A program made the translations under genes and the position numbers. This document shows, piece by piece, positions 27,651 to 35,855 of a stretch of DNA of 36,878 bases (its first letter is position 1; the number at the start of each line of letters is the position of its first letter). The DNA comes from a virus (Duplodnaviria > Caudoviricetes), in the IMG/VR virus record IMGVR_UViG_3300023197_000202, positions 1-36,878 of that record, one strand, 5' to 3'. The notes below the pieces were generated by a model that was not told the origin of the DNA, ran no database searches, and was given only the letters and a program-made list of their open reading frames with translations.

Positions 27651-28493
27651 GTATACTGCTGTTATATAGAACGTAGTGGCCCCCCCCTCTTGTCCAACCC
27701 CTCTCGACTCAAGCCTGAACCGATTGAGAGCCAAATGTCGCCCTCTAATCGGGCCTGAATAGGCCGGAGTCCGATTTGGAGGATGCGCTACAGCCTCCAG
27801 ATCGATTCTAAGGAAATCTGTGGCCTCTCACGAGCGAACAGGGGAGGGGGCTAAGGGTTGGTTCGTTTGCCCCTCAGAGAACCGCGCGTGCGTCAGCTCA
27901 GAGCCATATTGCTTCTGAGGGGAATGAGGGCGAAAATAGGGTGCGACTGAGATGTGGTTTTCTTACGAATGTTCAAAAAGTCTCGATTCGACGGTTAGCC
28001 ACAGGGTGAGAAGCCACATTCAAGACATGTGATACATCCCCCACCGGGCTGCATGTGTTCTGAACGACACTCCGGACATTCACTATAGAATTCTGACATA
28101 GTAGATCAGTACAACGAGTGAAACGTTCGCCTGGCACCGATCCACGTCGTTTACAATCGAGAGAGGTGGCCCTCGAAGATAGTGAGAGCGTGTCCCATAC
28201 AACGTCTTACTCCGTCGCGACGATCGCAAACGTGTGTGGATGATGCCGAGACGTCGTCTCGGATATGGATGTAGATGCTTCATCACCCTGTATCTTCGGA
28301 CTCTTCAAGATTCGATCTATCACAATGCTTACTGGAAGAACCAGCAAGTATTGCCAAACTGTGGTGTCACGTACACAGTTCTAAATCAGATTCGGGCGCT
28401 GTCTTGTGGTTTGACGGTAGCCAAGTGTGGGTACAGACTTACTGATAGCATGGGCTATCTGTGACGGTGCTACCAGTTCGGGGACAATCAGGG

Positions 28494-28684
28494 CCTGGTA
28501 GTTCTGGACGGAGAACAACCACGTCGCCCTCGAGCTCGGCTCTCCCTCTCTACACTCATTACCGGTGCCAACCGCCGAGCGTATTTCCCGACGATCGTGC
28601 TGGCTTCGTCGACGATCAGGAGGACGTCGTCTGTCTCTCGAGACAGTCGTACCTGGTAGTCCTGGACGGAGGACTACCACGTCG
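28494..28684. repeat. Two 33-bp hairpin repeats 158 bp apart
   Basis: 28494-28526 and 28652-28684 are 30/33 identical; each has a 10-bp stem and a GGACGG loop. Confidence 0.85.
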
Positions 28685-29283
28685 GGCCCGAACCCGCACT
28701 GTCGGAGTAGACGGAGCGAGCAGCACCTGGACGAGAGTCTGGTTCGCTTTCGATGAATGGCTGGCGTCGACTCTGACGCTGTCAGGATCGCTTGTGACGC
28801 CTCTTATTCAGATTGTCAGGGATTTGGGACTTGAGAGACTGTTCACTGAGCCATACCCTATACTGCCCGATTTCAGAATCATTTATAAGGCCACTGAGCC
28901 CCTGTCTGGCCACACGATTTCGGGGCACCCCTTTATGTACCCTATGGGGGGTATTTTTCGACTGGATTGTCTCGAAGCCCATGTCTTGCAGGACGTGTGC
29001 TTCGAACCACTGGAGGGAGCTACAGGTACATCGTTTGATTGGACTCAGTATCCTGTATAGGGGGGACAGGGGTGCGTCTTCATAATCAGCCCGGATATTC
29101 GATGTACCTACCGATACATGGGTGACATCTCAAATCTGTGTTGAATCGGGTATACTGAGACATTAGTAGAAATCTACAGGTGCGTTTGTTGGATGTGAAC
29201 CTTGGGGTTAGACGTGCAACAATACACATCCAAGTTGAGAGAAGTAGAACAGTTCACAGTGTACATAGTGTATTTATGTAACC

Positions 29284-29976
29284 ATGCAGGAATTATTTTG
29301 CATGGAAACAGGGGAAAGTGAAACTGAGGATCCACCGCCTGAACGAGGACACGACGACAGTCCTGTGGAGCGATCGGAAGCAGATATTCGAGAGGAACTC
29401 TACGAACAGTTTGATGTAAGTAAGACTGAGGAGTTTGGTATCGAACGCATTATCCCTATTCTCGGGAGATCAATGGAAACTGAATCAAAATATGATATAG
29501 ACACACGTTTGAAAATATTGGCAGAGATCACGCTATTCCGGACGTATCTACGGGAGCCGAAGTTCAAGAATTTTGCCTGGACAGCAGTTCTGATTGGTAC
29601 CTATGACTTCCTCCATCCACTTACTCCAGGAATCTATCCGATTGTATTCATCGCACTTGCGACGATTAATGGATTTACGTCCTCCCTTCGCTCTCCTGTG
29701 ATGATGGTTGCCGAACTTGAGGGGTTGGAAGATGAAGATGGAGTGCCAGCAGATTATCGCGCGAAGGCCTCCTCAAGTGTCAACACAAATGTGACGCTCG
29801 TACTTTTTCTTATGGCTGTCTCCGTTCAAATACTGGTGACGAGCTCGATAGTACAGGGTGAACTGATTGCTCAGAACGTTGCTGGCGGGATGTGGCATCC
29901 AGCGATTTCTGCGACTGGGTTGGTATTATCCAGGGTGTTATATTACCGAATTCGTGGAGACAGCGATGAAGGTTGA
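29284..29976 (+). CDS. Multi-pass membrane protein of unknown function
   Basis: Acidic N-terminus and about four hydrophobic segments. Confidence 0.75.
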   Translation: MQELFCMETGESETEDPPPERGHDDSPVERSEADIREELYEQFDVSKTEEFGIERIIPILGRSMETESKYDIDTRLKILAEITLFRTYLREPKFKNFAWTAVLIGTYDFLHPLTPGIYPIVFIALATINGFTSSLRSPVMMVAELEGLEDEDGVPADYRAKASSSVNTNVTLVLFLMAVSVQILVTSSIVQGELIAQNVAGGMWHPAISATGLVLSRVLYYRIRGDSDEG

Positions 29977-30294
29977 TTGTTTCTGGTAGCCTGTTTGTGT
30001 TCCAGGAAGAGACTCTGTTTCAATAAACCAGTACTGTGATATGAGATTACGAATGTTCGTCGTCGTGATCAACTGGGAGCGCCTTGTCGATCAAGAGTCT
30101 GAGTCGGCCACGACGCAGCGCCAATGCCAGGAGGAACCCGAGTCCGAAGTCTTTGAATTCAATTGGCGAGAAAGAGATAGGGAGGGATTCGAACATATGC
30201 AAGCGTACGACACAGAGCGCTGCGAAACTTCTGACTGGACGAGATATGTATTAATTCGGGAAAGATACAAATGATAGTAACCTGATGAGTAAAT

Positions 30295-30573
30295 ATGATT
30301 AGCCGGAAATCGGAAATGAGCCCCGGAAACACTTATGTCGTGACTGTAGATCGAATCAGCGGAAGTGGTAATGGAATAGTCTCTCTTTCGGAGGGACACA
30401 TAAACTTGGGCTCAATGGATAAAAGACGTGTAGGGGATAAGGTTAGAATTAGATATTTTCGTGATGGAGACATAGAAATAGCTGATAACGTAGTTTCTCC
30501 CGGTACAGACTATGACTCTCTAAAAGAGGATCCAACAGAGAATAGAAATGATCTGCTCAACGGGCACCAGTAG
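30295..30573 (+). CDS. TRAM-like small RNA-binding domain protein
   Basis: PG.TY.VTVDRIS.SGNGIV...VGDKVRI pattern. Confidence 0.6.
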   Translation: MISRKSEMSPGNTYVVTVDRISGSGNGIVSLSEGHINLGSMDKRRVGDKVRIRYFRDGDIEIADNVVSPGTDYDSLKEDPTENRNDLLNGHQ

Positions 30574-30777
30574 TCAGAATTTGTACAGCTCGTGTAGCAC
30601 ACGACTCTTTGATAATTAGCGTGATACGTCCTCCCCTTAAATCATTCGTGGCGACTACAGAATATACGAGTCAGGAGGAGACGAACGAGCCTCCGTCTCA
30701 ATTCACGTAGCCAATACTTAAACCTGTAACCCATTTGAGTCCTGACAGAGCGAGGATTCAGGCGGGAACGTCGCAAC

Positions 30778-31179
30778 ATGGATGTTCCTACGACTGACTC
30801 ACCTGAGTCACCAAGCGCGTCGCCCGTAGACAAGTTCGCTCGTCACGGGCCACTGAACGTAGATCGAGAACAGATCGAGAAAATCGAGGCCGAAGCACGC
30901 TGTAACGATCCGGAACTACAGCTGCTACATGATGCCACCGTGTCCGAGTCTCGAAACGACGAGGCAGAGATTGAGGCCGAAATCGCGGACAGCGCCCCAG
31001 TAGAGCCCGACGGCGTCGACAGGGACGATCCGGAACACGACGCCGTCGTCGGGCCAGATCATCACGAGCCTCGTGCCCTACACGGTTCTGGGCCGATCGA
31101 GGACGATTTCGCGGTGACAGGAAGTCACCGTCGGCCCGACGACGCGGTTGGGGACGACGGCAGCTACCAGGGGTACTGA
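30778..31179 (+). CDS. Hypothetical acidic protein
   Basis: Halophilic composition; first gene of the replication operon. Confidence 0.65.
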   Translation: MDVPTTDSPESPSASPVDKFARHGPLNVDREQIEKIEAEARCNDPELQLLHDATVSESRNDEAEIEAEIADSAPVEPDGVDRDDPEHDAVVGPDHHEPRALHGSGPIEDDFAVTGSHRRPDDAVGDDGSYQGY

Positions 31180-31239
31180 ACGCAGCAAAATATCCTCTCA
31201 CGAGGAATTACGTCGCATCGTGGATGATGTGAATCGCTT

Positions 31240-32361
31240 ATGACTACGACGAAGACAGCTGACGAGACGACGACGGACGAAGAGATGTGTAAACACCTGG
31301 ACGAATCACCCTCGACAGAGATGCATCCTGTCATCGAAGAGGGACGTTTTCAGATTCCAGAGACGCTTCGGGAGAGAGAGGTGTTCATCGTCTACCGGCT
31401 CGAGACAGACGAGGACGGCGAGATTTCAAAAGTTCCGTACAAACCAACGACGAGTGGATTTTACAAGACTGATCCGACGTCTGCCGACGACGCAGTTGCC
31501 TTCGAGAAGGCAATGAATGTCGTCGATGAGTCTCGACGTCGCGGTGGAGAGAGAAAGAGCTTCGATGGAATAGGACTCGTCTGTGAGAAGGAGAGTCGGC
31601 TGGCGGGGTTTGATCTCGACGACTGCGTCGATCTCGAGTCTGGACATATCGCAGAGTACGCCCTCCAAATTATCTACGAGCTACCTGGTGGCTTCGTCGA
31701 GCTCAGTCAGAGTGGAACGGGCCTACACATCTACTTCCTGACAGACGGCCTTGAGGGTGGGTGTGCGAACAAAGTACCCGTGGGTGAGGACTCATCGATG
31801 GAGCTGGAGCTCTACGATGAGCACTACTTCTGTATAACGGGTAGAACTCTAAAGGGATTCTCGACGGAGATCACTGAGTGCGGAGCGGAGAGCCGTGCTA
31901 TTCAGAGAGCATGGATGCAGTCTGGAAGCGACGACTCAGACAGTTCGGGTTCGAGCTCGTCTGGAGGCAGGCGGACTAATACGTCGACGAAAAAGCTCCA
32001 GTGGGATCCAGGTACGTCTCCACCGGAAGCTAAGAAGCCGATGACGGATGAAGATCGCGAGCTGATCGAGACGGCGTGCGACGCCGACTCAGAGTTCGAG
32101 AATATCTGGAACAGCGAGCACGGGTGTTCAGACGCGAGCGTGGCCGACTTCAAACTCGCAAGCAAGCTCGCGTACTGGACGGCAGAGAATTATGGCACCT
32201 ACTATGAGTCGAACCCTGACGCTATGGAGAGAATGATGAGAGCGTCGGAACTGAATCGGCGAAAGTTCGACAAGGACTCGGGCGACTATTGCTACATCCG
32301 ACTCACGGTTGCGAAGGCGATACAGGCGTCCGACGGCGGTATCATCCCTGACGATCGATAG
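31240..32361 (+). CDS. NrS-1-type primase-polymerase with helix-bundle domain, no helicase
   Basis: KVPY, GIG...GFDLDDC, ELSQSGTGLHI, ELYD..YF.ITG; C-terminal D.S.AD..LA..LAYWT...R..S.L.R.KFD..Y...T..KAI. Confidence 0.88.
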   Translation: MTTTKTADETTTDEEMCKHLDESPSTEMHPVIEEGRFQIPETLREREVFIVYRLETDEDGEISKVPYKPTTSGFYKTDPTSADDAVAFEKAMNVVDESRRRGGERKSFDGIGLVCEKESRLAGFDLDDCVDLESGHIAEYALQIIYELPGGFVELSQSGTGLHIYFLTDGLEGGCANKVPVGEDSSMELELYDEHYFCITGRTLKGFSTEITECGAESRAIQRAWMQSGSDDSDSSGSSSSGGRRTNTSTKKLQWDPGTSPPEAKKPMTDEDRELIETACDADSEFENIWNSEHGCSDASVADFKLASKLAYWTAENYGTYYESNPDAMERMMRASELNRRKFDKDSGDYCYIRLTVAKAIQASDGGIIPDDR

Positions 32362-32443
32362 GGTTTACCCCTTTAAGTAGTGCGCTTCGACTACAGATTA
32401 GGTGAGTCCGGGAGGCAGGAACGATTTTCATTTTTTCGTCGCA

Positions 32444-32965
32444 ATGTCTGTAGAAGAGAGAGAAGTTGAAGCAGTAGAATCGAGCACAGATCGTCTCCGA
32501 CAGTTCCGACTTGCCAACGAGCACGTCGAGACGCTCTCGGATCTGGAGGGGAGCACGTTCCGGTGCAAGCATCTCGACGAGTTCGGACGGAGCGAGCTGT
32601 ACACCCTGAAGTCCGCTGGCCTCGTTGAAGACAGCGGATCGGACTGGGGACGTGTAATTGACTGGGAGCTCACAGACGACTGTAAAGCCGTACTGGAGGC
32701 AATCAGCGCGGACGAGGTTGACACACCGTTTCTGTCCGAGTACGTCCTGGACACCGTTGAACGCCACGAGGATCTACTTCAGGCACTACCCGAGTCCGAG
32801 TCGACGTTCGAGGCCAGCGACTTCGAGCTCAACGCCTCGCTGCTGGCTGCCCTCCGACGTGCGGGCCTGATCGAACGTGAGACGAAGCGTACGGGTGCTC
32901 CTGACACCTGGAGTGTGTCGGATCGGACAATGCGTCTTCGAGACTTCTTGGGGGCAGACGAATGA
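32444..32965 (+). CDS. Tandem winged-helix-like protein (start ATG 32444)
   Basis: Two similar halves, L..LKSAGLVE...W.LTD and L..LRRAGLIE...W.VSD; TTTAAG box near 32372. Confidence 0.7.
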   Translation: MSVEEREVEAVESSTDRLRQFRLANEHVETLSDLEGSTFRCKHLDEFGRSELYTLKSAGLVEDSGSDWGRVIDWELTDDCKAVLEAISADEVDTPFLSEYVLDTVERHEDLLQALPESESTFEASDFELNASLLAALRRAGLIERETKRTGAPDTWSVSDRTMRLRDFLGADE

Positions 32966-33090
32966 GACTGGACGTGGGCCCCGTACTCTCGATTGTATTT
33001 ATGACTATGATCGTGGCCACCATATGGGGGACACCGGGCGTCGTCTGTCTTTTCCTCGCAGCTGGCGTTTATTCCCTACTCTGGCGCTGA
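32962..33090 (+). CDS. 42-aa hydrophobic membrane microprotein (missing from the ORF track)
   Basis: MRLDVGPVLSIVFMTMIVATIWGTPGVVCLFLAAGVYSLLWR; ATGA overlap with the upstream stop. Confidence 0.55.
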   Translation: MRLDVGPVLSIVFMTMIVATIWGTPGVVCLFLAAGVYSLLWR

Positions 33091-33181
33091 CTCCCTTCCC
33101 CTCTACACACTCGTGTAAACCGCTGCCGTTCTCGAATACTCGTCTAACGTTGAGCGAACGTCTGGCGAGCTTCTGTCGCAA

Positions 33182-33799
33182 ATGAGTCTAACTGACTTCG
33201 GTAAGGAATCTGTCGAAGCGTACTGCAACAGCACGTCGTCGAGCACGAAGGATGGCCGAGTTTCTGGCCGAGTCCGGATTGAGCTCACCGACGAAGAAAT
33301 GTCTGACGTCGAAGAAATAGCGAAGGCGCGTAACAAGTCGTACGAGGACGGACGTACTGCAGACACGAACTACACCTCCGACGACGGCCTCGATCTCCAC
33401 GAGACGGGCCTCATGGCCGAGAAAGCCATGTCCCTACTCTACGAAGAGGCCGAGGTTGATCGCTCGATTTCAGCCACGGGGGACGACGGTATCGATTGCC
33501 TGCTCAAGATAGACGAGGACGTCAGTGTCGACGTCAAGGCCTCGACGTACGAGAACGGATGGTTGCTCCTCAAGCAGGGCTACGATCATGAGGAAGCCGA
33601 TGTGTTCGTCTCTACGTACGTTGACGAGGAGGCGAACGCAGTCGAGATAATCGGGTTCGAAACCAACGAGGAGCTCGTCCAGGACAGTATGCTGGAAGAG
33701 AGTCCTGCCCCGTACATGGATCACCAAAATTACACCAAGCGAAATAACTTCAAGGAGATGCCGGAACCAAATACGGATCGCGACTGGGAACAGACGTAG
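33182..33799 (+). CDS. PD-(D/E)XK restriction-endonuclease-fold protein
   Basis: G..AE.A...DDGID...VDVKAS catalytic pattern. Confidence 0.7.
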   Translation: MSLTDFGKESVEAYCNSTSSSTKDGRVSGRVRIELTDEEMSDVEEIAKARNKSYEDGRTADTNYTSDDGLDLHETGLMAEKAMSLLYEEAEVDRSISATGDDGIDCLLKIDEDVSVDVKASTYENGWLLLKQGYDHEEADVFVSTYVDEEANAVEIIGFETNEELVQDSMLEESPAPYMDHQNYTKRNNFKEMPEPNTDRDWEQT

Positions 33800-33803
33800 T
33801 CGA

Positions 33804-33936
33804 ACACACACCCCCCTTCTGTCATAAGCGCTCCCGGATACCGTCCGGGGGTATGTCGCAATTCGTCGTCACACACCCCTTACGTCATAAGCGGTTTTGA
33901 GAAGAATTAGTTACGTCACCCCGTACGTCACGAGCG
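33804..33936. repeat. ORB-like repeats downstream of cdc6 (three copies)
   Basis: CACCCC..TT.(C/T)GTCATAAGCG at 33804-33832 and 33870-33893, degenerate copy at 33917-33936. Confidence 0.75.
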
Positions 33937-33952
33937 ATACATCTGAGGCATA

Positions 33953-35173
33953 CTACTGGACTGACTGGATCTCATACAGCTTCTCAGAGAGTCCCTTGAA
34001 CCGAGACTCCTGTTCCAGTGCATCCAGGGCTTCGTCGACGCCAATCGCAAGCTCGAATTCGAGATGACGTCCTTCTCGGTGGCCTCGATTGATCTCCTTC
34101 GAGTCCGCGAACCCATGTGTCGTCATTGCCTGCAGGTGTTCGTACATCCGACGCTGTGTATAGGTTTCAGCCTCTATCATTTCCGTTACGTTTACATACT
34201 CATCGTAGATTTCTTTCGTCCGAGATGGTGTCTCTGATTTGAGCTCGAGAACCAGCAGCCCAGTGAGAGCTAACTTATCCTGAGTTGTCATCGAACGGAA
34301 ATTTTCGATCAGTTTTTCTCGATCGATCTGATCCTGAGCTCGCGAGACGTGTTCCTCTGTAACGCTTTCATCCACGTTGTGTCGAGCCAGTTCTCCAGCT
34401 CGATGAATGTACTCTATCGCCTGGCGAGCCGAACCGTGATCCTGTGCAGCCAAAGCAGCGCACTGTGGAATCACACCCGGCTCGAGGACACCGTCTTTGA
34501 AAGAAATTTCCACCCGTTGCTGGAGGATAGTCCGAAGTTGATCAGCGTCGTACGGCTCGAAGTGAATCTCTACAGCAGACAGGGTATCGTCAACCTTACG
34601 AGAGAACTGATTGTAGAATTCGAAATCGTTAGAGATTCCGACGATGCTTACCTGTGCTTCTTCGATTTTTCCGTTAGCTGCAGCACGTGGAATCTGATAG
34701 AGAATACTGTCGTCTGAGCCGACCGCGTCGATTTCGTCCAGAATAAGAATATGGAGCCCGCCAGTTTCCTCCAGATTATCGAACAAGCGCTTATTGAGAT
34801 CTCCAGTCGAGAATCCCTTCGGACGCTTTTCTGTGTCGTCTTCCAGTACGGTTAGAATCTCGCCGAGTACTTGATAAGAAGATTCTGCGTCCTGACAAGA
34901 GACGTAACTGATATTGAGCTCCTTATCAATATCACTCTCCTCGCTCTCGAAGTATTCTTGCAGATCTTCGAGCATGAACTTTGTAACCGCCGTCTTACCC
35001 TGTCCCGATTTTCCGTAGAGGAATAGATTGTGAGGAGTTGATCCGTTCGTGATGGGCCTCATTGCAAACTCAATCTTGTCCATTTCGTCCTCCCGCTCAG
35101 GGATCTCATCAGGCACCCAGTCTGTACGCAACACATCCTCGTCGGTGAAGATATCCACCTCCTCGTCAAACAT
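33953..35173 (-). CDS. cdc6: Orc1/Cdc6 replication initiator (start probably ATG 35173)
   Basis: Walker A GKSGQGKT, Walker B ILDEID, GISND, FEPYDADQL, GSARQAI, C-terminal winged helix; TTTAAATA box about 30 nt upstream. Confidence 0.95.
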   Translation of the reverse strand: MFDEEVDIFTDEDVLRTDWVPDEIPEREDEMDKIEFAMRPITNGSTPHNLFLYGKSGQGKTAVTKFMLEDLQEYFESEESDIDKELNISYVSCQDAESSYQVLGEILTVLEDDTEKRPKGFSTGDLNKRLFDNLEETGGLHILILDEIDAVGSDDSILYQIPRAAANGKIEEAQVSIVGISNDFEFYNQFSRKVDDTLSAVEIHFEPYDADQLRTILQQRVEISFKDGVLEPGVIPQCAALAAQDHGSARQAIEYIHRAGELARHNVDESVTEEHVSRAQDQIDREKLIENFRSMTTQDKLALTGLLVLELKSETPSRTKEIYDEYVNVTEMIEAETYTQRRMYEHLQAMTTHGFADSKEINRGHREGRHLEFELAIGVDEALDALEQESRFKGLSEKLYEIQSVQ

Positions 35174-35215
35174 CATGATGACAAGACTGTGACAAGCCAC
35201 GTATTTAAAACTACC

Positions 35216-35410
35216 TGTCATGAGCGACAGGGGCGTCATAGGCGAGTCAATTCTTTATATATCTACACACTGGGTGTCAGAAGCGACGCCCGCTCGTTCT
35301 CACTCTCTCTTCAGTTAGCGCAGATGACGTAAGGGGTGGGGGTGAAAATGTGCCAGAATCCCCCCATACTATTCTCGGTTAGCGCTTATGACGCAAGGGG
35401 TGGGTGTGTG
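35216..35410. promoter_or_regulatory. Putative replication origin: ORB-like repeats with G-strings
   Basis: GTTAGCGC..ATGACG.AAGGGGTGGG at 35314-35344 and 35378-35410; oppositely oriented partial copies at 35216-35228 and 35275-35287 around an AT-rich run. Confidence 0.75.
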
Positions 35411-35427
35411 AGCAGATAGACTCAGGG

Positions 35428-35709
35428 TTATTCCGACGTTTCCTCGAATCGTCGTTCGACGTGTGACTCCCAGTCTGCATCCCGAAGCGCTGCCTCAATC
35501 AGTCCCTGATTGAAGTGCTTGTTTTTTTCGACCTTCTCCTTGTCGTCGATTTCCCGGTGAGCGTTGTACTTTCGAAACAGTTCATCCACCTTCTCCCGGA
35601 GCTCATCGTCAAGGTATACTGGGTACACCTTCTTGTCTCGAATGCTATCGTTGTCCGTTTCCGAATCGTCTGAGTCTTCATTGTCCGATATGTCTGGATG
35701 AATTACCAT
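35428..35709 (-). CDS. Small RHH-like DNA-binding protein (start probably ATG 35709)
   Basis: VYPVYLDDELREKVD strand-helix pattern followed by EKNKHF...LIEAAL. Confidence 0.55.
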   Translation of the reverse strand: MVIHPDISDNEDSDDSETDNDSIRDKKVYPVYLDDELREKVDELFRKYNAHREIDDKEKVEKNKHFNQGLIEAALRDADWESHVERRFEETSE

Positions 35710-35855
35710 AGTAAAAATTTGGACATTCAACAACCTAAATGCTTCGATTTTAGTATTTTTGTGGCTAATTCATACTCATTTTAGGAAGAATATAGTATCT
35801 CGGGGTATATTTTTGGAACTATGCCCTGAATCAGTGGATTAGCATATTTGGCTTG

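Noticed and set aside
27427-28684. Possible CRISPR or mini-CRISPR array
   Set aside because: Only two copies of each repeat, spacing of 113 or 158 bp, no resemblance to haloarchaeal CRISPR repeats that I can recognise, and no cas genes.
26887-29085. ORFs 26887-27255, 27331-27606, 28461-29060 and overlapping calls
   Set aside because: Non-acidic Arg/Cys-rich composition, weak start codons, mutual overlap and no recognisable motifs.
30041-30274. 77-aa plus-strand ORF
   Set aside because: No motif or clear start context; cannot be supported beyond being open.
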